The translations under genes and the position numbers were made by a program. The notes beneath the pieces are model-generated. The model saw only the letters and a program-made list of their open reading frames with translations, did no database searches and was not told the origin of the DNA. Below, in pieces: positions 1 through 9,771 of a DNA stretch of 56,768 nt. Location: contig NW_026782945.1 of NCBI RefSeq assembly GCF_031769215.1, positions 1-56,768 of the forward strand, in the 5' to 3' direction. Source of the stretch: Ylistrum balloti. Taxonomy: Eukaryota. Position 1 is the first letter of the stretch. Each line of letters opens with the position of its first letter.

Positions 1-1
1 A

Positions 2-1642
2 GATACCGTGTTTTGCAAAATAGTCAGCAGTTGTTTGTGATCGTAGCGCCTTGCCAAAAGCTTGAATCTCTTGTGCTAGAAAATAAGTCTGCTGATTTGG
101 TTGGGTTGATGTCAAATGATTATAGACATTGACATAGGGCTTACGTATTTTTGGTTCAATAGTTGAGGTATAACGTTCTTTTGTAAGTGGTGCTTTTGAG
201 ACATAAATTAAGGTAATTTCATTATCACCTAAAATTTCTATTTTTGTTTGGATACCAAGAATCTGAAGATGTTTTTCTGGGTAGATAACACCTTCAGCGT
301 ATAGTGCTTGCATAGCTGTCAAAACTAATTTAAAGACTTCTTTATTACGGTTTGTCGAAAATGAACCAAATTTAGAAACATATAAAGAACCTGTTGGCGT
401 TAATTTTTGCCAGTATCCTTGAAAACCTTCGACCGTATAAAGATAGGTTTCTACAAAAACGTAAGAATAAGGTAGTGGGAAATAAAGTTCGGCGAAACTG
501 ATATGGATTAGGTCGAATAAGTTATCTGTGTGACGAATTAGAGTACGGCCATCAATGAGGGTTTCTTCAACAGCATCATAAATGTTTCCTGAAGCATAGC
601 GGCCTTGATCAGATGTCATCAGCGCAATTGTCGCTGGTTTTATTTCGGCTGCCGTAATATCTGTTATACCGTTTGCCCTAAGGAAATGGATATCAGAACC
701 ACCACCGAGACCAATAATTAATGCTTTTGTTTTGGGGGAGGCAAAGCCAAAATGTTCGCTAGGATAGCCCGCGTCTCGTACAGAATTAGAAAAAAAGCCA
801 TCATAATATAGGCCATAAGAGTAGGGAGCATTATATAATGGGTTCACTTTTCCAAATGGCTCCATTTCTTTTTCGTCAAAAACCTGTGAGCCTATCGATT
901 GTGTTGTTTTAATTAAGTCTGTTCGGGATAGATAATCCCACTGTGTTGCAATAATACGAGCATAATGAGGAGGTTCTGGTTTTTGGTTAAGTAAAAACGT
1001 ATTATATTTTCCTGAAGCGCCATGTTTAAGCTTGTTTTGTAGTTGAAAGAAATCCCAAGCCAGAGGTTCCGGTGTCCTATAGAGCGCTGTTAATGTAACC
1101 AGGAGTAATAGGCCTAGACTAATACCAACAGTTATGTAGCGCCACCAGCTTTTCAACAAAATCCAGAAGTCGACGGTTAATGGTAATAGAATGCAGACTA
1201 AAATTAAGGATTCTGCACCGATAACTGGTAAAAAAAGTGCGATAAAGAATGTACCAATAGCAAAGCCGCTAAGGTCAGCAAAATAGATAATATTTTGGTC
1301 ATGATCACGAAAGGCAATGCCTAAAAGTGTACCTGTGATGATAAATGGAAAGATAGATACTAGTTTTATTAGTTCTAAATTGCTAAGCAATAAAATACCG
1401 AATGCTGAAAAGGTTGTTGCTATAGCTAAAGATAAGATAAAGTGGCCATAGGTTTTAGGTGATGGTATGAAATAAGCAATAAGTGCCCCTAGGCTCATAC
1501 CAAGATAGTAATAAGGTAATAGTTCAAATAAATTACCCCAAAAAGCATGTAGCCGAATTAGTTTAGGAAAAAGGATTTCAAGTAAAAGCGTAACGCAGGT
1601 CGCAGTAAAGATAGCCAGAGCATGTTTACGTGTCGATATGAT
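2..1642 (-). CDS. Membrane-fused spermidine-synthase-like SAM-dependent protein, partial (runs off window start; start codon uncertain)
   Basis: Not in the ORF track; translated by hand in parts. Hydrophobic N-terminal helices (TLLLEILFPK), then a SAM-binding motif ALIIGLGGGSD...AAEI. The frame is open where checked, down to base 2. Confidence 0.65.
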   Translation of the reverse strand, partial: MISTRKHALAIFTATCVTLLLEILFPKLIRLHAFWGNLFELLPYYYLGMSLGALIAYFIPSPKTYGHFILSLAIATTFSAFGILLLSNLELIKLVSIFPFIITGTLLGIAFRDHDQNIIYFADLSGFAIGTFFIALFLPVIGAESLILVCILLPLTVDFWILLKSWWRYITVGISLGLLLLVTLTALYRTPEPLAWDFFQLQNKLKHGASGKYNTFLLNQKPEPPHYARIIATQWDYLSRTDLIKTTQSIGSQVFDEKEMEPFGKVNPLYNAPYSYGLYYDGFFSNSVRDAGYPSEHFGFASPKTKALIIGLGGGSDIHFLRANGITDITAAEIKPATIALMTSDQGRYASGNIYDAVEETLIDGRTLIRHTDNLFDLIHISFAELYFPLPYSYVFVETYLYTVEGFQGYWQKLTPTGSLYVSKFGSFSTNRNKEVFKLVLTAMQALYAEGVIYPEKHLQILGIQTKIEILGDNEITLIYVSKAPLTKERYTSTIEPKIRKPYVNVYNHLTSTQPNQQTYFLAQEIQAFGKALRSQTTADYFAKHGI

Positions 1643-1694
1643 GAATGTTTCCTTTTAAACAGACGTTAATTAAAAGTAGGAAATATCATTTGTG

Positions 1695-2168
1695 TCAGCC
1701 ATAGGTAATATTAAGTATTTCGTAAGCCCGTTCACCACCAGGTGCCTGAAACTCAGCTTCATCTCCAACCCGTTTGCCGATTAATGCTTTTGCAAGTGGA
1801 CTTAAAACATTAATTTTGCCTTCGTCGGGATTGGCTTCGTCATCACCAACTATCGTGTAGGTGTTTTTTTTGTCGGTATCTAGATCAATTACTTCAACGG
1901 TTGCACCAAATTCAACTTTATCTGAATTGATTGTTGCTGGATCAATGACCTCGGCTAAACCAATTTTACTTTCTAGTTCACGAATGCGTGCCTCGATAAA
2001 ACCTTGGCGTTCCTTTGCTGCATCATATTCCGCATTTTCTGATAAATCGCCATGTGCACGAGCAGTAGCAATATCTTCAATGACTTTTGGTCGTTCAATT
2101 TTTTTAAGTTGTTCAAGCTCTTGTTGTAATACTTGATAGCCATTTGGTGTCATTGGTACACGTTGCAT
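1695..2168 (-). CDS. greA: Transcription elongation factor GreA
   Basis: GDLSENAEYDAAK and SPLAKALIGK motifs; 157 aa. Confidence 0.97.
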   Translation of the reverse strand: MQRVPMTPNGYQVLQQELEQLKKIERPKVIEDIATARAHGDLSENAEYDAAKERQGFIEARIRELESKIGLAEVIDPATINSDKVEFGATVEVIDLDTDKKNTYTIVGDDEANPDEGKINVLSPLAKALIGKRVGDEAEFQAPGGERAYEILNITYG

Positions 2169-2372
2169 ATCTAAAAGACCTCTTAGAACACTCCGCTTTG
2201 TTTGTTATGTTTTGCAGAGTCTTTGTTTATTGAAAAAATTGAATTGTCGTTACTTGACAATTCTGGATGGCGATGCCAAAAGTTAAAAATAACTATTATT
2301 TTAGCTACTCTAAATTTGAAAAGCACAATTTGTATTTTCGTATACGTTACAAAAATACAAATTGATAATGTA

Positions 2373-2981
2373 TTAAGTTAGTGTACTTAATACAATGGCC
2401 CCGATAAGTAAAAGTGCTGAAACAATCGTTATTTTGTCAAAATGATGGTCTATCCATGTTGCTGCTCGGTCACCAAAAAAATTTAGTAAGCCGGCAATTA
2501 AGAAAAATCTTGCACCACGACTTAGAATGCTCGCTAATATAAATACAGACAGGTTAACGCCTGCCGCACCACTTGAAATCGTAATTAATTTGTAAGGAAT
2601 TGGCGAAAAACCCGCAATTATTACAATCCAAGCATCATAATCTTGATAATACGTAAATAGCGTTTCTAGTTTTGTTTCTAAACCATAGAGTTTCACAATG
2701 TAAGTACCAATGGTGTCCATGGCAACGGTTCCTAAATAATAGCCAATTAATGCACCGATAATAGAAGTAATGAGACATACGCTTGCGTAAAAAAGAGCAC
2801 GCTTTGGTTTAGCAACACACATAGGTACAAGCATGGCATCTGGTGGTACAGGAAAGAAAATAGATTCTGTTAACGATACGATACCGAGCAAATAGCTAGC
2901 TGCTGGACGCTGGGCAAGATTAACAACCCAATCATAAAGTTGTCGTGACCAGGTAAGTGGTTTTTTGAGTAGTGAATTCAA
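2373..2981 (-). CDS. YqaA/DedA (VTT domain) membrane protein
   Basis: ESIFFPVPPD, GFSPIPYKLITI and SRGARFF motifs. Confidence 0.9.
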   Translation of the reverse strand: MNSLLKKPLTWSRQLYDWVVNLAQRPAASYLLGIVSLTESIFFPVPPDAMLVPMCVAKPKRALFYASVCLITSIIGALIGYYLGTVAMDTIGTYIVKLYGLETKLETLFTYYQDYDAWIVIIAGFSPIPYKLITISSGAAGVNLSVFILASILSRGARFFLIAGLLNFFGDRAATWIDHHFDKITIVSALLLIGAIVLSTLT

Positions 2982-3826
2982 GGTCTCTCCAAGGGAATTA
3001 CATTGGTTAAGTTTTGTAGAGAGTCTGATATATCATTATTTGATAGTAAACTAGATGCCAGGTGGTTACATTCTAAATTCGTTTGTTTTAATGCTGTTAC
3101 CATTTTATGGTCTGTTAATTTTAAATGTAGTGGCGTTACAGAGACAAAACCAGATTCGATTGCTTCGACATCACTACCTGGTTCAGTTGGTTGATCGATG
3201 ACATCGCCACCAATCCAGTAATAACGGCGTTCTCGTGGGTCTGATTTCTCAACAACTTCTGCACCATAAACACGAGTGCCTTGCGTTGTCACACGTAAAC
3301 CTTCTATTTTGCTGCGTCGTGGATCTGGAAAATTAACATTTAAAAAAGTTCCTTTCGGAAGACCAGTTTTAAGGACGTAGGTCACAATATGATGAACCCA
3401 TAGTCGTAAAGCTTCCAAATCATTACGACTATGACCAGCAGAGAGACAACTAAAGGCAATCGATGGTACACCCAGTAGACAGGCTTCCATTGCCCCTGCG
3501 ACTGTGCCGGAATAGGTAATTTCATCACCCAAATTACTACCATGGTTAATACCTGTTAAAACAAGTTTTGGTTGCTGTGGTAGAACCGTGCTGCGTAGAC
3601 CTAAATGAACGCAATCTGTTGGTGTGCCATCGACAGACCAAAGGTGTTTGCCTTCTTTTGTAACACGAAGGGGACGGTGTAAGGTTAGTGCATGGCCACA
3701 GGAACTTTGTTCTTGATCTGGTGCAATTGTATAGGTTATACCTAAGTCTTGAACAAAGTTTAAAAGTGATGCGATACCATTGGCACGATAACCATCATCA
3801 TTTGAAATGAGAATAATAGCAGACAT
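2978..3826 (-). CDS. surE: 5'/3'-nucleotidase SurE
   Basis: SNDDG, GTPTDCV, GINHGSNLG, YSGTVAGAMEA motifs. Confidence 0.97.
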   Translation of the reverse strand: MSAIILISNDDGYRANGIASLLNFVQDLGITYTIAPDQEQSSCGHALTLHRPLRVTKEGKHLWSVDGTPTDCVHLGLRSTVLPQQPKLVLTGINHGSNLGDEITYSGTVAGAMEACLLGVPSIAFSCLSAGHSRNDLEALRLWVHHIVTYVLKTGLPKGTFLNVNFPDPRRSKIEGLRVTTQGTRVYGAEVVEKSDPRERRYYWIGGDVIDQPTEPGSDVEAIESGFVSVTPLHLKLTDHKMVTALKQTNLECNHLASSLLSNNDISDSLQNLTNVIPLERP

Positions 3827-3919
3827 GGTTTAAACATAGGTTATTTCGGAGACGACCGCAAATTTGTGTGCCATATTTTACAATATAGATTGAGTCGTAA
3901 CACGCTTAGGTTAGCAGTC

Positions 3920-4933
3920 ATGCAGTATGTAGAACGTCCTTTTATATCCATGGTTATTCCCTTTTTTAATGCTGAGGCGACACTTGGGCAGTTACTGCAC
4001 TCTGTCGATGCGTCTTTTTTTATTCATAACGAGCTTATTTTGGTTGATGACGGTAGCTGTGATCACTCTTCTGAGTTGGCTCAGTTGTTTATTGAGCAGC
4101 AACCAGCAGCACGCTTGATTGCTTTAGATTGCAATCAAGGACCTGCAGTAGCACGGAATCGTGGTGCGCAAGCAGCTAAAGGTATTTTCCTTTGGTTTTT
4201 AGATGCTGATGTGATGTTAACAAAGACAACTTGGCCTAGATTAGAACAGCAACTTGACAGCTTGAGAGATAATGTTGATGCGGTGATGGGGATTTATGCT
4301 AAGGAACCGGCTAATCCAGGTTTTTTCCCTCGTTATAAAGCGATGCTTATGGCATATTACAATACGGTTGGTACGCAGATGGAATGTTTTGAAGCCTGCT
4401 GTGGTGTTATCCGCAAACAACTTTTTGATACTCTTCAAGGGTTTAATGAAACCTACCGAGATGCTGATGTCGAAGATTATGAATTTGGTTATCGGCTTTT
4501 AAATGAGACCCATGTAAACTTTGACAAAGAATTCATTGTCATACATCATTTTCCTCATTTTTTACCTAATGCTGTTAAATTTTTTCGTCGTACAAAGCTT
4601 TGGGTTCAACTATTTTGGCAGCGGCGACAGTTTGATTCGACTGTCGCAACATCTCAAGAAGCTGTCTGCCGTTTACTTGCCATCGCAAGTATAACTATTC
4701 TTGCTTTATGGCTTTTGCAGCTATTACCGTTAGGTATTGCTATTTTTTCCTATAGCTTTTTTATCATCAGTATTTCGCCACTATTTATGTTTGCATTTAA
4801 ATTGTATGGTGCTGGTATGGCTTTAAGTCTTCTTGTTGTCTATCCACTCAATAGTATTATTATTTTTTGTGGAGCTATTTGGGGAACGTTTAGTCTTATA
4901 CAAAGTAAGATGTTCGCGTGGGGTAAACATTGA
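3920..4933 (+). CDS. Family 2 glycosyltransferase with C-terminal membrane helices
   Basis: VIPFFNA, LVDDGS, GPAVARNRG, FLDAD, EDYEFGYRL. ATG at 3920 preferred over the ORF-track start at 3866. Confidence 0.88.
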   Translation: MQYVERPFISMVIPFFNAEATLGQLLHSVDASFFIHNELILVDDGSCDHSSELAQLFIEQQPAARLIALDCNQGPAVARNRGAQAAKGIFLWFLDADVMLTKTTWPRLEQQLDSLRDNVDAVMGIYAKEPANPGFFPRYKAMLMAYYNTVGTQMECFEACCGVIRKQLFDTLQGFNETYRDADVEDYEFGYRLLNETHVNFDKEFIVIHHFPHFLPNAVKFFRRTKLWVQLFWQRRQFDSTVATSQEAVCRLLAIASITILALWLLQLLPLGIAIFSYSFFIISISPLFMFAFKLYGAGMALSLLVVYPLNSIIIFCGAIWGTFSLIQSKMFAWGKH

Positions 4934-6060
4934 GTTTCCTCAATGCTGCTACTCGTGTTGCTACAGCGTCTTGGCATTCAAAACCTAGCTATCTCATTTT
5001 ATTTGTGACAAGCCTTTGCAATGCACGTTGTGACCATTGTTTTTATTGGCAGGAATTAGAAGACAATGGTCGTAGTGATTTAACCCTTGCGGAGATAGAA
5101 AAAATAGCTAGACATTTCAACCACCTTGTTCAACTCACCATCGGGGGAGGTGAACCTTTTTTAAGACAAGATTTGGTTGAGATTGTTAATGCATTTGTAC
5201 AGCATAATCCTTTGACACATATCACAGTTAATACGAATGGTTATCAACCACAGAAGATCGTTACCCAAACTGAGCGCATTTTAAATATTTTGCCAAGTAG
5301 CGTTCATTTGAATTTTTGTGTTTCTGTTGATGATTTGGATGAACGTCATGACCAGCTACGTAAAACACCTAATGGTTTTTTACGCTTATGTGACACGATT
5401 GATAGAGCTGCAAGTTTAAAAAAACGGTTTAGTAATGTCTCTATTCATACAACAACATGTTTGATGTCAACAAACCAGGATCGTATTATTGATATTTTAC
5501 GTTGGCTAGGTCGCCATTTACCTATAGACTATCGTGACCTTGTTTTGACACGTGGTTTACCAAAAGATGCAACCTTAAAAATAGTTGATCCAGAGATTTA
5601 TAAACAAGCATGTACCTATTTACAAGCGGAGCAAAAAAAAGAACCTTTTAGCCTTCGTGGTCTTATGGTACAGGGGCTTACACGACAGCAACAAAAAGTT
5701 GTATTAGAAACTTATCGCCATCATACATTTATACATCCTTGCAATGCGGGGCAAAAATTTATTGTGGTTCGTCATAATGGTATGGTTGATCCATGCGAAA
5801 TTATTGAGACGTTACCTAAGTCAAGAGATCAAGAGAATAAGCTTACAAGTTATAGTTTTGGTAATCTACGTGATTACCAATATGATATTCATCGTGTGAT
5901 GAACAGTAAGCAAGCCAGAAATGTGCGTGAGTATATTGAGCAGACTCGCTGTCGTTGTACGTTTGAGTGTGCCACGATGTCTAATCTGGTATTTAATCCT
6001 CGTCGTTATCCTAAGATTGCTACTGAAGTTGTGCGTACAGCTTTAGATCGTCTAACTTAA
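4930..6060 (+). CDS. Radical SAM protein with C-terminal SPASM/Twitch-like Cys region
   Basis: CxxxCxxC (CNARCDHC), GGEPF, and C-terminal CNAG...PCE...CRCTFEC. Confidence 0.88.
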   Translation: MSFLNAATRVATASWHSKPSYLILFVTSLCNARCDHCFYWQELEDNGRSDLTLAEIEKIARHFNHLVQLTIGGGEPFLRQDLVEIVNAFVQHNPLTHITVNTNGYQPQKIVTQTERILNILPSSVHLNFCVSVDDLDERHDQLRKTPNGFLRLCDTIDRAASLKKRFSNVSIHTTTCLMSTNQDRIIDILRWLGRHLPIDYRDLVLTRGLPKDATLKIVDPEIYKQACTYLQAEQKKEPFSLRGLMVQGLTRQQQKVVLETYRHHTFIHPCNAGQKFIVVRHNGMVDPCEIIETLPKSRDQENKLTSYSFGNLRDYQYDIHRVMNSKQARNVREYIEQTRCRCTFECATMSNLVFNPRRYPKIATEVVRTALDRLT

Positions 6061-6066
6061 ACCGTC

Positions 6067-7179
6067 TTAAGCTGGCTCCGCAATTTTAAGCACAGTTTCG
6101 CAAATGTAATCTATTTGGGCCTCTGTTAGACCTTCCCATAAAGGTAGTGCCAGATTATGTTTTGCATGAAAATAGCAATTAGGTATCTCTTCAAACGTTT
6201 CAATATGGCCTAAAGACATCTGGTGTTCCAGTAGGGTTACAGGAAAGTAAGTTCCTGTTCCAATACTTTTCTGTTGCAGTTGTTTACGGATGTTGTCGCG
6301 ATTTTTAACATAAATGATGTAGTGATGGTAGGCAGAGCCATCTTGGGGAAGGGCGCGTGGGCCGTGAAAAGTTGTATCTAAATGTTGTTGGTAGCGTTTA
6401 AAGAGTTGCTCTCGTTCATATCGTAGTGTTTCAAAATAGGATAAACCCCGCAAAGCAGCGCCGGCAGATAATTCTGACATACGTGCATGGACAAGAGGCT
6501 CATTTGCATAGCCAGCATCTAAACCAAAAAAGCGTCCACGACGGCACCAATCAGCATGGTCGGTATGGTTTGTTAAAATGGCTCCTCCTGTTGCAATACC
6601 AGCTAAAGGTTTTGTTGGGTAGATAGATGTGACACTTAAATTACCATAGGTGCCAACAAGACCTTTTTCACAAGATGCACCAGCACTTTGTGCAAAGTCT
6701 TCAATCATTGGAATGCCATATTGATCAGCGAGCCTGCGTAAGTCTGTAAGTGGTGCTGCGATACCATGAAGGCTTGCAACATAAAGACAAGCAATATCGT
6801 TTTTACGTAAACAAGCTTCGACGTGATTAGTGTCAATTTGTCCTGTTTCTAACGTGCAATCTACTAAAATTACAGGTTTTTGGATGCGGTGACTGGCCAT
6901 AATTTGTGCAACAAATCCGTGACCGCAAGTCAGAATGGCTCCATTGCGGTCTGCACAAAGCTTATGAATTGCTAGTGTTAGACCATCTGTTGCACTACCG
7001 ATTAAAACAGCATGCTGCATACCAAAGTATTCAGCTAATGCCATTTCTAATGTTTGTGTGTAGTGTCCGTCAAGAGCATTTCCTGAATTCAGGATTTTTT
7101 TCTTATAGGTATCTATTTCTGCTAGTAGTAAACTTGCGCGTCGTGTGAAATCAAAAAATGGAATAGAGTGTGTTGACAT
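6067..7179 (-). CDS. DegT/DnrJ/EryC1/StrS PLP-dependent sugar aminotransferase
   Basis: IEDFAQSAG and SIYPTKPLAG with the PLP lysine retained; LALPL near the C-terminus. Confidence 0.88.
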   Translation of the reverse strand: MSTHSIPFFDFTRRASLLLAEIDTYKKKILNSGNALDGHYTQTLEMALAEYFGMQHAVLIGSATDGLTLAIHKLCADRNGAILTCGHGFVAQIMASHRIQKPVILVDCTLETGQIDTNHVEACLRKNDIACLYVASLHGIAAPLTDLRRLADQYGIPMIEDFAQSAGASCEKGLVGTYGNLSVTSIYPTKPLAGIATGGAILTNHTDHADWCRRGRFFGLDAGYANEPLVHARMSELSAGAALRGLSYFETLRYEREQLFKRYQQHLDTTFHGPRALPQDGSAYHHYIIYVKNRDNIRKQLQQKSIGTGTYFPVTLLEHQMSLGHIETFEEIPNCYFHAKHNLALPLWEGLTEAQIDYICETVLKIAEPA

Positions 7180-7245
7180 TATCTTACTTACGCCCAGTAT
7201 ATTCTTTTTTGTTTAAAAGTTATATCGTCGCTAAAGTATTTAGTT

Positions 7246-8127
7246 ATGACACGTTATGTAACAAAGCCAGTTCTATCTATTATAGTGCCTGTTTATAATG
7301 AAGAAGCTATCTTTAGTTTATTCTATCAACAGCTTAAACTAGTACTTGCTGAGATCTCGGTGGCATATGAACTTATTTTTGTTGACGATGCAAGTACAGA
7401 TGATTCTGTTGAGTTCATCACACAATTTACGCAGCACGATAACCATATTCATGTCATAAAGCACCAAACGAATTTAGGAGAATGTGCAGCAATTTTAACA
7501 GGCCTGCGAGTAGCTAGAGGTGATTTTATTACGACAGTTGATTGTGATTTAGAAGACCGTCTTGACTATTTATCTGATCTTTTTCAGCAGGCGCAGACAC
7601 AAAAACGTTGCATCTTAGCGGTTCGCCAAAAAAGACCTTACCATTTTTTGCGTAACCTAGGATCACGCTGTTTTTATTATTTACTCAACCTACTATCGCG
7701 GCAAAATTTTGTCGATGGTATTGGTAATTTTCGTGTGATGCTAGCAGCAGATGCGCAAAAAATTCTTAATTATCCTAAAGCGTGTTCACATTTTGGTTTA
7801 TTAACACAGCTCTCGGGCATTTCTTATGAGCTTGTTTATCTTCCAGCCGGTAAACGGACTGCTGGTTCTAGTTCTTATTCTTTATTACAGCTTGTTTTTT
7901 GGGGCAGTGAGCTTATTTATGGGTGTCTTAGTTATGTACGTGTCGTCGCTCTTTTAGGACTTTTTAGTACGCTTGGTGTTGTGATGCTTTATGTCTCTTT
8001 ATTGAGTTCTAAGGGGTCTATTATTATGCTGATGTTCTCACTTCTTTTTTTGAGCAGTAGTGGTTTGATTACAGGCATCTTTATATTTGGTCATCAACAG
8101 ATGAAGCGGCGGAGAATTTTAGATTAG
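7246..8127 (+). CDS. GT2 polyprenol-phosphate glycosyltransferase (ArnC/GtrB-like)
   Basis: IIVPVYNEE, FVDDASTD, VDCDLED; two C-terminal hydrophobic helices. Confidence 0.88.
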   Translation: MTRYVTKPVLSIIVPVYNEEAIFSLFYQQLKLVLAEISVAYELIFVDDASTDDSVEFITQFTQHDNHIHVIKHQTNLGECAAILTGLRVARGDFITTVDCDLEDRLDYLSDLFQQAQTQKRCILAVRQKRPYHFLRNLGSRCFYYLLNLLSRQNFVDGIGNFRVMLAADAQKILNYPKACSHFGLLTQLSGISYELVYLPAGKRTAGSSSYSLLQLVFWGSELIYGCLSYVRVVALLGLFSTLGVVMLYVSLLSSKGSIIMLMFSLLFLSSSGLITGIFIFGHQQMKRRRILD

Positions 8128-9542
8128 TTAAATAATAATGTTGCGATTTGGTGCCACTCATTAATCAATAAGATATTGAGTACAAAAACTATTATAGGTA
8201 TTAAGGTTAATAATATATGTATTGGCTGCTGTTTTAAACTATGGTAGCAGTGTTTGAAGTTGATTTTTTTATGGCTAACGATTGCTGCCGCAATGGAAAA
8301 AAAAGGTATATAGCGTAGATGGTAGCGTGAGTTTCCGTTAACAATAAAAGCAATAATTGTTAAGTGTGCAATAAAGACAATTGTACAGACCGTTACAATA
8401 GTTATCGGTGAGCTACGTAGGCCAATGATGGTATAAAGCAGTAATAGAAATGATGTCACGGAAATAAGTAGTAATATGATAAATATTCCGGTTTGTGAGA
8501 TTTCTACGTGGAGATGATTACTTTTAGTAAAAGCCCAAAGGTAAGGGCGAATTTCAATATTCCATAGATAACCAATACGGCGAATACCACGGAGAAACGA
8601 TTCTTTAGGGGTATCCAAAATACTTTGGTAACTCGCTACTCGTAGGTTTTTGTCCCAGGCTAGTTCTTGATTAGGAAAACGGTATAGCTCTTGTTTGACA
8701 ATGTCCGGTAATGGTTTGTTCGATAACCAACGTGAAAAGTCATCACCAGAGGCTCCTGGGTAGTTCCCTTCCCATAAAGAACGCCCAGAACTTGTTTGTA
8801 GAACTAAGGATTGATGAACAATATAGTTGCGAATTAGCCAAGGAAATAACCCAAGAAAAAAAGCGAGTAGAAAAATAATAATCCCCAAAGATTTTAATGG
8901 GCGAACATCGTTCCATTTTGTAAAACAAAAACAGACAATGATCAATAGAAACGGTACGATTAAAAATTCGGCCCGTGTTAATGTCGCCGCTGCAGCAAAT
9001 AAACCTGCTGCTAGTGTATACCAAGGATCTGCTAAATAATCTGATTTTTGAATGTAATAGACAAACAGCACAATAAAAAATGTATGCAGGGTCAGTGGTA
9101 AAAGTGTTATTTGATGCATTACCAGAGATGGGTAACATAGAGTTATCAAAAAACTACGAAAGGCGATTTGGTTGTCATAAGCATTGCGTGCAATGAGAAA
9201 AGTCAACCAAGCAATGAGTATTCCTAGGAGCGCTTGGATAAATCGTATATGGTTTAAATTTTCTCCTAGTGTTGTTTTAATGATTGCTAAAAATAATGGA
9301 TAGATAGGTACCCAATAGCTACGAAATGTACCGTATTGTGTTTTAGTTGCTAACGTGTGCTGTTGGGTTATATTGTTTGCCGTTTGGTTAAATAACTGTT
9401 CATCAATTAGTAATTCTTGTGCATTGCCGCTAAAGACAACATATGTATTTAAGGTTTGAAAAGTTAATATAGAGATAACCGCAATCAAAAACCAACGTTT
9501 TTGGTTACGAGTTAGATCTAAATGGTGGTTTGTATTAAGCAA
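8124..9542 (-). CDS. ArnT/GT39-like (GT-C) integral membrane glycosyltransferase
   Basis: Multi-pass membrane protein; early DE motif, P.YP.FLA, LTRAE, PWLIRN, RYHL. Confidence 0.8.
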   Translation of the reverse strand: MLNTNHHLDLTRNQKRWFLIAVISILTFQTLNTYVVFSGNAQELLIDEQLFNQTANNITQQHTLATKTQYGTFRSYWVPIYPLFLAIIKTTLGENLNHIRFIQALLGILIAWLTFLIARNAYDNQIAFRSFLITLCYPSLVMHQITLLPLTLHTFFIVLFVYYIQKSDYLADPWYTLAAGLFAAAATLTRAEFLIVPFLLIIVCFCFTKWNDVRPLKSLGIIIFLLAFFLGLFPWLIRNYIVHQSLVLQTSSGRSLWEGNYPGASGDDFSRWLSNKPLPDIVKQELYRFPNQELAWDKNLRVASYQSILDTPKESFLRGIRRIGYLWNIEIRPYLWAFTKSNHLHVEISQTGIFIILLLISVTSFLLLLYTIIGLRSSPITIVTVCTIVFIAHLTIIAFIVNGNSRYHLRYIPFFSIAAAIVSHKKINFKHCYHSLKQQPIHILLTLIPIIVFVLNILLINEWHQIATLLFN

Positions 9543-9662
9543 TATTTGACGTTGTGGTGAATGGGTATAGTAGGTGAAAAAGTAACCTGTTATATTATAA
9601 ATTCTATACGTTTATACGTTGCCAGCTAGTTTCATTCAGTAAGTTTATTATATTACGTATGT

Positions 9663-9739
9663 CGGGGCGTGGCGCAGTCTGGTAGCGCACACGGCTGGGG
9701 GTCGTGTGGTCGCTGGTTCGAATCCAGTCGCCCCGACCA
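9663..9739 (+). tRNA. tRNA-Pro (GGG)
   Basis: Cloverleaf: CGGGGCG/CGCCCCG acceptor stem, D-loop AGTCTGGTA, anticodon loop CTGGGGG, T-loop GGTTCGAATCC, encoded CCA. Confidence 0.97.
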
Positions 9740-9771
9740 TTTATGTATGCATTAAGTGGACTCTTATTAAA

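Noticed and set aside
2241-2263. Inverted repeat GAATTGTC-N7-GACAATTC upstream of greA
   Set aside because: It is a single AT-rich occurrence with no clear U-tract or second copy, so it cannot be assigned as a terminator or operator.
9663-9739. tRNA-Pro as the prophage attachment site
   Set aside because: The prophage starts about 760 bp downstream. No duplicated tRNA 3' end was seen at the other side, and no tyrosine/serine integrase is present. The element has a DDE transposase and TG...CA ends.
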